Source: Candidatus Zixiibacteriota bacterium (GTDB lineage Bacteria > Zixibacteria > MSB-5A5 > GN15 > JAAZOE01). From it: 64,000 nucleotides of DNA. Positions 7,786 to 16,691 of the stretch are shown here, in pieces (the first letter of the stretch is position 1; each line of letters opens with the position of its first letter). Location: positions 1-64,000 of the forward strand of contig JBDREQ010000025.1 of assembly GCA_043819555.1 (NCBI GenBank), read 5' to 3'. The position numbers were made by a program, and so were the translations under genes. The notes below the pieces were generated by a model that saw nothing but the letters and a program-made list of their open reading frames with translations, had not been told where the DNA came from and did no database searches.

Positions 7786-10461
7786 ATGAAAAAGGCACAC
7801 ATTCTGTTAATTTTCACCATCGCATTATTATCGACCTCACAATCGGTTCTGGCAGTATCCGACGCGGCGGTATTATATCTGCGGGTTGCCGCGGGAGCTC
7901 GCCCGGGAGGAATGGGAGAAGCATTTGTGTCCGTGGCCGATGACGCTACGGCCACCTATTGGAATCCTGCCGGTTTGGGTAACGCTCCTATCGCGGGAAT
8001 GCTGAAAACGGAGAAGTTTCCATCTCGGTTTGGCGAAGTTTCGGATGTAATTACGCTAAAGAGAAGCACCGGCCTGGAAAACTGGTTTATTGCCGGAAAT
8101 AACCTTGTCATGTATGATGGAAATTCATGGAAAACCGGCAAAGAATACGTGACCTCATCTGATCAGTCATTAACGGATTTTGTCAACAGTATCGTTTCCA
8201 TAAAAAGTGATGAACAGGGTGAGTTGATGGCGCGCAAAATCGTTGCGGTAAACTGTTCGATTACCGAAGCCGAGGTTAACAGTTTTATCGAATCGGTCAG
8301 GGAAAATATACCTGGTGATTATAAAGAACTGGAAGTATTAAATAGAGGGCTTGATACTCTTGCGGCCGGATATAAGCTTTGTCTTCTCAAGCCGGATCGA
8401 TTCAAAGATTTGAGAAACAAATTAAATGACGGTCTCAAAGATAAAGCGATAACTTCTGATGAAATGGATCGCATTACTTTTTCGATTGACCAGGCAGTGT
8501 CGCGTTTTCTCCCCGGTCGTCTAACGGTACCTTTCTCGTCGGCTATTGACGGTAATTTAACATGCCTGGGCAAAACCAAGGAATATCTCTGGGTTGGAAC
8601 CGATATGGGTTTGTTTCGTTTATCCGGTATGCAATGGGCCAATTTTACGACCGACGAAGGATTACCCTCCAATGAAATTACCGTATTAAGCGATGCCGGA
8701 GACCATATCCTGATAGGAACTGCCAATGGTTTGACCAAGTATTTTCATGGCACGTTTGATATCTACGAATCGCTTCCTTCGGGTTTGGTGCAGGCCGTTA
8801 CAATGGCCTCACCGACTCACGCCTATGCCGTAATCGATGGCATAATTTATAGTTTCAATGGTACGGAATGGTCGGATAGTTATGATTACACGGTGCGCAT
8901 CGATGATTCGATTGAAGATATCGCGCGCCGATCGGCCATCTATGGGACGCCCTCCGAAGTGGAAAAATTAATTGCCCGCATTCGGGAATTGAACGCAACC
9001 TCGGAACAGATGACAACTGAAGAAGTCTCACCGGATGCCGAACCGGCAACGGAGATTGATGAAACTTCGGTCAATGAGGAACGAATCGAAGTTGCTCCCA
9101 TAGAAACCACTTTGAACTTTTGGTTTACTGAGGGCAATGTCATCCAGATACCTTATACGGCCGGATTGAGATTTGATGCGACCGCGATGGCGGTAGATCT
9201 ATCCAATAGACTTTGGATTGGTACAAAAAGCGGCCTTCTTTCATTTGAGGGAAATAGATGGACACGGCATGGATATGTTGAATTTTCGGTACCCGCCGGA
9301 GACGCTGATGGCGAAGCGGCAACTATGACTGCATCGGATATTGCAGCCAAATTTATACCCGACAATAACCCCGATAAAATTGCCGTTCTGGATTCAAATA
9401 TAAGCGATTATAATGACCTCGGCGATGAGGCGGTAGAGCCGGGCCGGACGGTTTATGTTTATAACTCAAACATCGGTTCTTCAATTCGGTCAATTGGATT
9501 TGTTCATAACGAAATATATGTGGGAACCGAATATGGTTTGGAAATGAAAAATTCTTCAGGCTGGGAACCGGTTGATTTTGAAGACCTTGATCGCAAGCAG
9601 GTTATCGACTGTTATAATTATGATGGCCAATCATATTATGTATCAACCGATGGGATCACGAGCGAAAGCAAGGGGAAACGTGAATTTGTATTTATGCATG
9701 TCAACTGGCTGCCGTCGTTTAATCTCGATATCTATTATGATTTCGCGTCATATGTTCATCATAAACGCGGTCTTGGAACATTTGGCCTGAGCATAATTTA
9801 TCTGAATTACGGCAGTATTCCCGGTACTGATGCAAGTGGGGCGGAAACGATTGTCCTTAATCCGTTTGAAATCGCCATTTCGGCATCGTACGGCACTTCC
9901 ATAAACTCCAGACTTAAATGGGGTATGACAGGAAGATTTATTCATTCTCGTTTATCTCCTCAGGGCGCCGGAGCGGAAATGGGTGAAGGTATCGCTTCAA
10001 CCTTTTCGGTGGATATGGGCATTCTCTATATAATATCGCGGAAGTTTCAATTCGGCGCGGCGCTAACCAATGTCGGCCCTGATATCACGTACATTGACGC
10101 CGATCAGTCGGATGCTTTACCCCGCAATATTGGCCTGGGATTGTCTTATAAAGTATGGGACAGCCCATATAACAGCCTGTTGGTTCAGGGTGAATTAAAC
10201 AAAATCCTGGTTGGAGTTGATCGCGATTTTGGCACAGAAGCGGAATATGCCATTCGTCATATCGGAGCTGAATACTGGTACGCCCAATTTATTGCTCTGC
10301 GGGCCGGATATAAATATGATAAAGAAGGACAGGTCAAGCATCTGACATTTGGAGCCGGGCTGAAATTGAATTTACTACGTATTGATTTTGCATATGTGCC
10401 GTCTTCAGTAGATTCGCCACTGGCCAATACATTGAGGATTTCGGCCACGGGAACATTTTAA
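7786..10461 (+). CDS. PorV/PorQ-family outer-membrane barrel with large internal beta-propeller/LysM-like insertion
   Basis: N-terminal YLRVAAGARPGGMGEAFVSVADDATATYWNPAGL; barrel resumes at FMHVNWLP near 9676; terminal Phe; insert has LWVGT.xGL repeats. Confidence 0.75.
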   Translation: MKKAHILLIFTIALLSTSQSVLAVSDAAVLYLRVAAGARPGGMGEAFVSVADDATATYWNPAGLGNAPIAGMLKTEKFPSRFGEVSDVITLKRSTGLENWFIAGNNLVMYDGNSWKTGKEYVTSSDQSLTDFVNSIVSIKSDEQGELMARKIVAVNCSITEAEVNSFIESVRENIPGDYKELEVLNRGLDTLAAGYKLCLLKPDRFKDLRNKLNDGLKDKAITSDEMDRITFSIDQAVSRFLPGRLTVPFSSAIDGNLTCLGKTKEYLWVGTDMGLFRLSGMQWANFTTDEGLPSNEITVLSDAGDHILIGTANGLTKYFHGTFDIYESLPSGLVQAVTMASPTHAYAVIDGIIYSFNGTEWSDSYDYTVRIDDSIEDIARRSAIYGTPSEVEKLIARIRELNATSEQMTTEEVSPDAEPATEIDETSVNEERIEVAPIETTLNFWFTEGNVIQIPYTAGLRFDATAMAVDLSNRLWIGTKSGLLSFEGNRWTRHGYVEFSVPAGDADGEAATMTASDIAAKFIPDNNPDKIAVLDSNISDYNDLGDEAVEPGRTVYVYNSNIGSSIRSIGFVHNEIYVGTEYGLEMKNSSGWEPVDFEDLDRKQVIDCYNYDGQSYYVSTDGITSESKGKREFVFMHVNWLPSFNLDIYYDFASYVHHKRGLGTFGLSIIYLNYGSIPGTDASGAETIVLNPFEIAISASYGTSINSRLKWGMTGRFIHSRLSPQGAGAEMGEGIASTFSVDMGILYIISRKFQFGAALTNVGPDITYIDADQSDALPRNIGLGLSYKVWDSPYNSLLVQGELNKILVGVDRDFGTEAEYAIRHIGAEYWYAQFIALRAGYKYDKEGQVKHLTFGAGLKLNLLRIDFAYVPSSVDSPLANTLRISATGTF

Positions 10462-10463
10462 GT

Positions 10464-10490
10464 TGATAAGGGGATGAATTCCCCTTATCA
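10464..10490. other. Intercistronic perfect 11-bp hairpin
   Basis: TGATAAGGGGA-TGAAT-TCCCCTTATCA, no U-tract. Confidence 0.7.
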
Positions 10491-10517
10491 TTGCTCACAA
10501 AATTAAAACATCATGGG

Positions 10518-13500
10518 ATGATGATTAAAAAAACCTTATACGCTATCAGCATCGTTGTTCTGCTCGGCGGTTATTTGCTCGCCAATGATGTCCTCAGAAT
10601 AAAAGACAAGCAGACAATTATTAACGCCGACGAAATTACCGGTAAAAAAGAGTTTTATTCAGGGCGAGCTCAGGAGAATTTCCTGAGACTGAAACGGGAT
10701 AAGCCGTACGGTCTGCCCAAAGCGGCGTTATCGGCCGATATGGTCGATACTATCACTATCCTCGCGCTTCGCATCGGTTTTGTATATGAGGCGGCCGATA
10801 ATCCGACGACCACCGGTCGGGGAAACTTCGATATCCGCGACAGCGCGACGTTTGTCAATGATGAAGGCCACTGGCTCGACCCGGCACCTCATAACAAGCA
10901 TTATTTTGAATCTCATTTGAGGTCGTTGAGCCATTACTGGTCGGTTGTCAGCAAAGGCAAAATTCATATTGAATACGAAGTCTGGCCCGTCGGCGCCGAT
11001 AACGATACCAATTACTACCTTTTGGGGCATGCTATGGATTATTACGGCGCCCAGCCTCCGAATTTTGGTCTGGGCGAGTTTTTCCATAATGCCATAACAA
11101 AAGCGTATGATATCGACGGTGATAATTTCGAATTCCGAGATACGCGGGGCAATAAGAAAGCAATTATTTTGTTTCATGCCGGGGCGGATCGCCAGACTGA
11201 TTTGTCGTTTTCGGCCACCCCGACGCCCAATGATCTTTTTACCGGATTCGTTACTTTTGATTTGGCCAATGCATTAGTCCTTGATAACGACACTATCGTC
11301 GAAGGCATCATTATGCCCGAGACGATGGCTCAGGATAATCGCATCACGGTCATGAATGCCGTCATGGCGCATGAGTTTGGGCATCAACTGGGCTTAATCG
11401 ATCTTTATAATACGGGAAGTTCGCCATTTTTGAGCCAGATGGGTGATTTTGCCCTGATGGATAATAATGGTTTGAATACGGCGGCGTACATTGATGAATA
11501 TGGAACGGGCGCGTTCGGAACCGTGCCAATTTTCCCCTGCGCCTGGTCGCGCGCTTTTCTGGGAATTGACGAAGTGGCTGAATATCGTGAAGGAACATCG
11601 ATTGAACTGGCGGCGGTGAAGATGGAGACGGAAAACATCAAGATCGTCAAAATTCCAATATCCGCAACCGAATATTATCTTCTTGAAAATAGACGGTCCG
11701 ATATTGATGGAAATCTCGACGGGCTCCGGGTTGACAGCACTTCCAATGTTGTTTTGTGGCCGGTAAAAGTCCAGGAGATTCTCGATGGTGACAGCGTTAT
11801 ATTAGTTAAAACTCCGGTTCCCGAATATGATGTTTATCTCCCGGGCAGCGGTGCTGGGATAGCAATCTGGCATGTTGATGAAGCGGTCGCGGCGATGGAT
11901 TATTATCCATTCGATATTCATGACAATAATTTTCAGGCAAATACTCTGCAATGGGATCGCAACCGTCGCTTTGTCAGATTAGTTGAAGCGGACGGGCTGA
12001 TCGATTTTGGAGGAAATTATTCTCGCGGCTACGGATTTGCGGAAGATTTGTTCTATCGAGGCAATAACACTACCTTTGGTTCATATACCAATCCTCCATC
12101 AAAGGCAAACAGCGGCGGATATACTCATATAAAAGTTGAAAACATATCCAATGCGGAAATGGTAATGACTTTCGATATCGTCAAAGAAAAGATGGCGGAT
12201 AATTTTCCCCGGAGGATGTCAATCCCCAATGATCCCGATTTATCTCCTGTTGCCGCTGACTTGGACGGCGAGGGCAATAAGGAAATTATTGCCGTTTCAG
12301 GAAATAAAATACTGGCGGTGACGTCTGGCGGCCGGGACTTTATGGATCCTTATGATTCGCTTCCTGACAATGATATGATTTTGAGCGGGATAAATATCAA
12401 TACTGATATAAACACGTTTCGTCCGACGGATACTCAGTATGCTTCAATGCCTCTGTTTGCCCAAATACCTCTTGGCAATATTTCCACCAGGCCGGTTGTG
12501 ACAAAGATTCTGGATACGACCTTGGTTTTTGTCGGAGCGAGTAATGGCTGGATTTATTCATATCTGCCGTTTACTGATGTGACGACTTCACCGGCGAAAT
12601 ATCGAGCCAAGCTCCATTCGCTTCGTTCTCTGCAGGGCTCGGTCGATGTCAATTCAATCATAGTTGACGAGGAGAATAATATCATCTACGGTTTTTATTC
12701 TGATGGAAATATTCTGGCCGCGCCGTATGACAGCATTGCTTCGTTTGTCCAGCCGACTTTCGCGCGAATGCCGATGATTGTCGGCGTGTGTGAGTATGGC
12801 GATGGCATGGCGATTCTGTATGATAGGAACGACTATTCGATTTTGTATCAAGCCCGATTCGCGCCATTTGTCGATTTGAACAGTTCATTTTTTGCCGACA
12901 GTGTGGTAATTGACAGGACGGATTTCAAAAGATCTCCAGTAGCGTCGGATTTTAATCGTGACGGGATTGATGAGATTATTATCGTTTCGGAAAACGGTCA
13001 GGTTCTTGCTTACAGTTTTACGGCAGGTGGAATGGTTGCTTATAGTGAACTGAATTTGCAAACCGGAGATACGGTCGCATCTGATCCAGCCATTGCTGAT
13101 ATGAATGATGATGGATTCCCGGAACTTTATATTCCCGGGATCAATAAGATATATGGATATGATAGAAGGGGAACGATCGTTTCCGATTTTCCCCTGGATA
13201 TAGATTTTAATCGACCCGGTCAGGTCATAATTGGCGGGCCGATTATATCTGATATCAATGGCGACAATATTGCTGATGTGGCCATAATCGGTTTGGATTC
13301 AATCCTCAATAAGCGAACGATACCGGCCTTTTATATCATGTTTCCCGATACAATTAACTATCCCGATTCGGTAATTGTCGTCGATACGGTTTTGGATTAT
13401 GCCTACTACAATTATTACAGCAATCTCTATGCGATCACGCCCGGATACGGTATTCTGCCGGGTTATCCGATTCCGGCGGGGATGCTGGGAATGAGACAAG

Positions 13501-14003
13501 TCACTGATACTGTCAACGGCATCGGTACACCGCTTCATGTCCAAAACGGTTCCGGCGGATTATTGATTACATTCGGCGGAGATGGATGGATGGATGCCTG
13601 GGATTGCGGCTGGTCGGATATCAAGGCCGGATGGCCGATGAGCGGCGGCTACGCCGACGGTTCGGGATATATGCCCTTAGATTCTTTGGGACAGGAAAAA
13701 ACGCTGGCGGAATTGCTTCCGGAATCGAGTTTCTATAACTATCCCAATCCGGCTTCCGGTGAAAAGACGACGATTAGATTTTATGTTAATCAGCCGGCGC
13801 GAGTTACGATTTCGATGTTTGATGCAACCGGCGATATGGTTGAGGAAAAATCTGCCGACGTTGCCGACGGCAACCGCAATGTCGAGATTGACTGGTATTT
13901 ATCGGGAGTCGCTTCGGGTATTTACCATTGCCGGATCGAAGCGGCGCCGGTCGCGGGCGGCGATACGGAAGTGGCTTTTACAACCATTGCGGTAGTCAGG
14001 TAG
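10518..14003 (+). CDS. Secreted M6 (immune inhibitor A-like) metalloprotease with FG-GAP/VCBS repeats and CTD
   Basis: HEFGHQLGLIDLY zinc motif, YYLLENR, IWHVDE; DxNxDGxxEI repeats; tail YNYPNP...VASGIYHCRI. Confidence 0.8.
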   Translation: MMIKKTLYAISIVVLLGGYLLANDVLRIKDKQTIINADEITGKKEFYSGRAQENFLRLKRDKPYGLPKAALSADMVDTITILALRIGFVYEAADNPTTTGRGNFDIRDSATFVNDEGHWLDPAPHNKHYFESHLRSLSHYWSVVSKGKIHIEYEVWPVGADNDTNYYLLGHAMDYYGAQPPNFGLGEFFHNAITKAYDIDGDNFEFRDTRGNKKAIILFHAGADRQTDLSFSATPTPNDLFTGFVTFDLANALVLDNDTIVEGIIMPETMAQDNRITVMNAVMAHEFGHQLGLIDLYNTGSSPFLSQMGDFALMDNNGLNTAAYIDEYGTGAFGTVPIFPCAWSRAFLGIDEVAEYREGTSIELAAVKMETENIKIVKIPISATEYYLLENRRSDIDGNLDGLRVDSTSNVVLWPVKVQEILDGDSVILVKTPVPEYDVYLPGSGAGIAIWHVDEAVAAMDYYPFDIHDNNFQANTLQWDRNRRFVRLVEADGLIDFGGNYSRGYGFAEDLFYRGNNTTFGSYTNPPSKANSGGYTHIKVENISNAEMVMTFDIVKEKMADNFPRRMSIPNDPDLSPVAADLDGEGNKEIIAVSGNKILAVTSGGRDFMDPYDSLPDNDMILSGININTDINTFRPTDTQYASMPLFAQIPLGNISTRPVVTKILDTTLVFVGASNGWIYSYLPFTDVTTSPAKYRAKLHSLRSLQGSVDVNSIIVDEENNIIYGFYSDGNILAAPYDSIASFVQPTFARMPMIVGVCEYGDGMAILYDRNDYSILYQARFAPFVDLNSSFFADSVVIDRTDFKRSPVASDFNRDGIDEIIIVSENGQVLAYSFTAGGMVAYSELNLQTGDTVASDPAIADMNDDGFPELYIPGINKIYGYDRRGTIVSDFPLDIDFNRPGQVIIGGPIISDINGDNIADVAIIGLDSILNKRTIPAFYIMFPDTINYPDSVIVVDTVLDYAYYNYYSNLYAITPGYGILPGYPIPAGMLGMRQVTDTVNGIGTPLHVQNGSGGLLITFGGDGWMDAWDCGWSDIKAGWPMSGGYADGSGYMPLDSLGQEKTLAELLPESSFYNYPNPASGEKTTIRFYVNQPARVTISMFDATGDMVEEKSADVADGNRNVEIDWYLSGVASGIYHCRIEAAPVAGGDTEVAFTTIAVVR

Positions 14004-14023
14004 GATTTTATGAGGATGCATCT

Positions 14024-14932
14024 ATGAATACGAGGTTTGTTTCAAATTGTATTTTTATTTTGCTGGCATGTGTATGTACCTGTTCTCTATCTATTGCCAC
14101 AGATGAAATAAATCCTCCTTATTTAAACTCTGAAACAGGATTTTCGATCAGCCAATACTTAAATGAAATCAATTCTTATTCAACACTGGCATTAAATGAT
14201 GGCGATGGAGATAATAATGGCAAGACTCTGAATTTTCGTGAGAGCGTTCCAAAAGAAAAAAAATCTATTGGAAATAAAAGCCCGGTCAAAGCCTTCATAT
14301 ATTCGGCAATAATTCCGGGAGCGGGACAATTGTATAACGGCTCCAAAATTAAAGCTGTAGCGTTTTTGGGACTGGAAACGCTGGCGTGGACAGGCCATGT
14401 GATTTACAGCGGCAAGGGCGATGATAAGACGGCGGAATTTGAAAACTACGCCAATACCAATTGGAGCGAGGATAAATATGTGTCATGGCTTGAATTTAAT
14501 TGGCAGAAATCGGATGATGAACTGGTTTTGAATACTAATGGTTTTCCTCTCTTCACACATCACTTGCCAGACACTAAAACTCAGCAATATTACGAGATGA
14601 TTGGCAAGTACAATCAGTTCGTTTATGGCTGGGCAGATGCGGGAGATGTGGAGACTTCTCCATTTCAGGAGGCGCACCCTGACACATATTCGGCGATGCG
14701 TTTACATTATGAGTCGATGCGGCATGATGCTAATAAATTGTATGATAAGGCGACGACCTCGATTGTGGTCTCAATGATTAATCATGTTATATCCGGATTT
14801 GAAGCGGCCATTGCGGCCCGAAGCCATAACAAAAACGCAGATACGATCGCAAATAAGATATCGGTTAAGGCTCAAACGGCGCAGTTGAACGATGAGTATT
14901 TCCCGATGTTAACCATGGCGTATAAATTTTAG
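14024..14932 (+). CDS. DUF5683-like exported/membrane protein 1
   Basis: KSPVKAFIYSAIIPGAGQLYNG motif; signal peptide from ATG 14024 (SD GAGGA); ends LTMAYKF. Confidence 0.6.
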   Translation: MNTRFVSNCIFILLACVCTCSLSIATDEINPPYLNSETGFSISQYLNEINSYSTLALNDGDGDNNGKTLNFRESVPKEKKSIGNKSPVKAFIYSAIIPGAGQLYNGSKIKAVAFLGLETLAWTGHVIYSGKGDDKTAEFENYANTNWSEDKYVSWLEFNWQKSDDELVLNTNGFPLFTHHLPDTKTQQYYEMIGKYNQFVYGWADAGDVETSPFQEAHPDTYSAMRLHYESMRHDANKLYDKATTSIVVSMINHVISGFEAAIAARSHNKNADTIANKISVKAQTAQLNDEYFPMLTMAYKF

Positions 14933-14938
14933 GACGAT

Positions 14939-15724
14939 ATGAAAAAGATATTTTTTACAATGGCGTTAGTCTTTTTGGTTTTTGCGAGTAATTGCCTGGC
15001 GGCGAAATTCGCTTTTAATTCATCGAAAGTAATCAAGCCGATTCCTCCGGTTTCAGGTCAGTTTCTTTTGTCAGGCCAGAACGATACCGGCAAGACTTTT
15101 CTCGATATGTCTCAACCTCAATCGGAAAAAAGTAAATTATCCATGAAGAAGGCTTTGTTTTTATCCATTCTTCTCCCGGGGGCAGGAGAATACTACGCCG
15201 GTTCAACGTTTAAGGGCCAGGTATTTATGGGAGTCGAAGCCGCGATCTGGGGCGGTTTTATAGGTTACCGTGTTTACGGCGCGTGGAAAAAAGATGATTA
15301 TCTTTCGTATGCTTCGGCTTACGGCGGAGTCAATATTTCCGATAAAGATGATGTTTATTTTGACATGATTGGATTTTACGATAATCGAGAAGAATATAAT
15401 CAGTATGGACGGCTCTATCATCCCGACCGGCCTTATTACCCGGATGCCGATGACTACGATTGGCAATGGGATTCGGAAGAGCGGCGTTTGAAATACAAAG
15501 AATTGAAAGATCAAGCCAAGACGGCTCTGCGCAATTCCACATTTTTAATCGGACTGGCAATCGCCAATCGGGTTGTTTCGGCTATTGATACATATCGGAC
15601 AGTAAAATCGGCTTCGAAAAGGATCAGATCACTGACCCAATTCGGTGAGTATCATATGAAGATAGCCCCAAAAATATTTAGAAGTAATCCCGAAGTCAAA
15701 TTGACTTTGACGCGGAAGTTTTGA
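14939..15724 (+). CDS. DUF5683-like exported/membrane protein 2
   Basis: KALFLSILLPGAGEYYAG; paralogous to the upstream gene (Y.DMIG.Y core); ends LTLTRKF. Confidence 0.6.
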   Translation: MKKIFFTMALVFLVFASNCLAAKFAFNSSKVIKPIPPVSGQFLLSGQNDTGKTFLDMSQPQSEKSKLSMKKALFLSILLPGAGEYYAGSTFKGQVFMGVEAAIWGGFIGYRVYGAWKKDDYLSYASAYGGVNISDKDDVYFDMIGFYDNREEYNQYGRLYHPDRPYYPDADDYDWQWDSEERRLKYKELKDQAKTALRNSTFLIGLAIANRVVSAIDTYRTVKSASKRIRSLTQFGEYHMKIAPKIFRSNPEVKLTLTRKF

Positions 15725-15725
15725 T

Positions 15726-16691
15726 ATGCGGCCGGCGGCAATTATCTGTCTGATAATTCTTGTTTCATGCGGTGGCCAAGCTCCGCCGCGTACTCCGGAT
15801 AATACCAATATCTCGAGGTCAGGTTTCGTTTCTCTCGTTTTTGAAAATAAAATTTCCGGACGGATATTGACGCACGAGTTGTCGCGTCCATCCGGCCTGG
15901 CAATAGATTCACGAGGCGATATTTATATAAGCGATCATGGCAATCATCGCATAATAAAGCTTAATCGAGATTTATTACCGCTTCGTGATTACGGCGGCTA
16001 TGGAGCGGGCATGGGGCGATTGCAAAATCCTGATGATTTATTCGTTGATCGTTTGCTCAATTTGTACGTACTTGATACCGGAAACAGGCGGGTAGTGCAT
16101 CTTGATGCCAATCTTAATTTCGTCGAGGAAATTATCCCGGAAGATGATCCCGAAGAGATTATATCAACGCTGACGAATTACGCGGGTTTGGCTGTTTCGC
16201 CGACCGGGGAATTGACGGTAGTCGATTATGATAATTCTCGACTAATCAGGCTGGATAATTTTAATCATTTTAGCCGATACATTGGCGATTTTGGCTATGG
16301 CCTGGGAACGCTTCTTAATCCCAAATCAATGGCGCTTGATAAGGACGGCAATCAATACGTGGCCGATTTGGGCAATAAAAGAATCGCCGTTTTTGACGAT
16401 TATGGGAATTTCATAAGGCAAATCGGAAATCAAATCCTTAAAAGTCCGGAAGCGGTCGCGATTGGATACAATGGTGTGATCTGGGTGTCAGATAGTCAAT
16501 CAGGGACACTTTTCGCTTTTAATAATGTCGGTAAGCTTATTTTTGACGGCCCTATGGAATCTAATCAGGGAACAAAATTGAGAAATGTGCAAGCCCTGAT
16601 AGTAACGCCCGATAACAAATTATTCATTGCCAACACCGATAATAATGAAATCTTAATATACCGTGTTATTTATGAGGCCGATAAGGATTAA
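15726..16691 (+). CDS. NHL-repeat beta-propeller lipoprotein
   Basis: Lipobox LVSC; repeated P.G/D.A.D..G.IY.xD.GN.RI. Confidence 0.8.
   Translation: MRPAAIICLIILVSCGGQAPPRTPDNTNISRSGFVSLVFENKISGRILTHELSRPSGLAIDSRGDIYISDHGNHRIIKLNRDLLPLRDYGGYGAGMGRLQNPDDLFVDRLLNLYVLDTGNRRVVHLDANLNFVEEIIPEDDPEEIISTLTNYAGLAVSPTGELTVVDYDNSRLIRLDNFNHFSRYIGDFGYGLGTLLNPKSMALDKDGNQYVADLGNKRIAVFDDYGNFIRQIGNQILKSPEAVAIGYNGVIWVSDSQSGTLFAFNNVGKLIFDGPMESNQGTKLRNVQALIVTPDNKLFIANTDNNEILIYRVIYEADKD

Noticed and set aside
13928..14023. N-terminal extension of the 334-aa ORF; likewise 29424-29507 of batC
   Set aside because: Both overlap the upstream gene; downstream ATGs give clean signal peptides.
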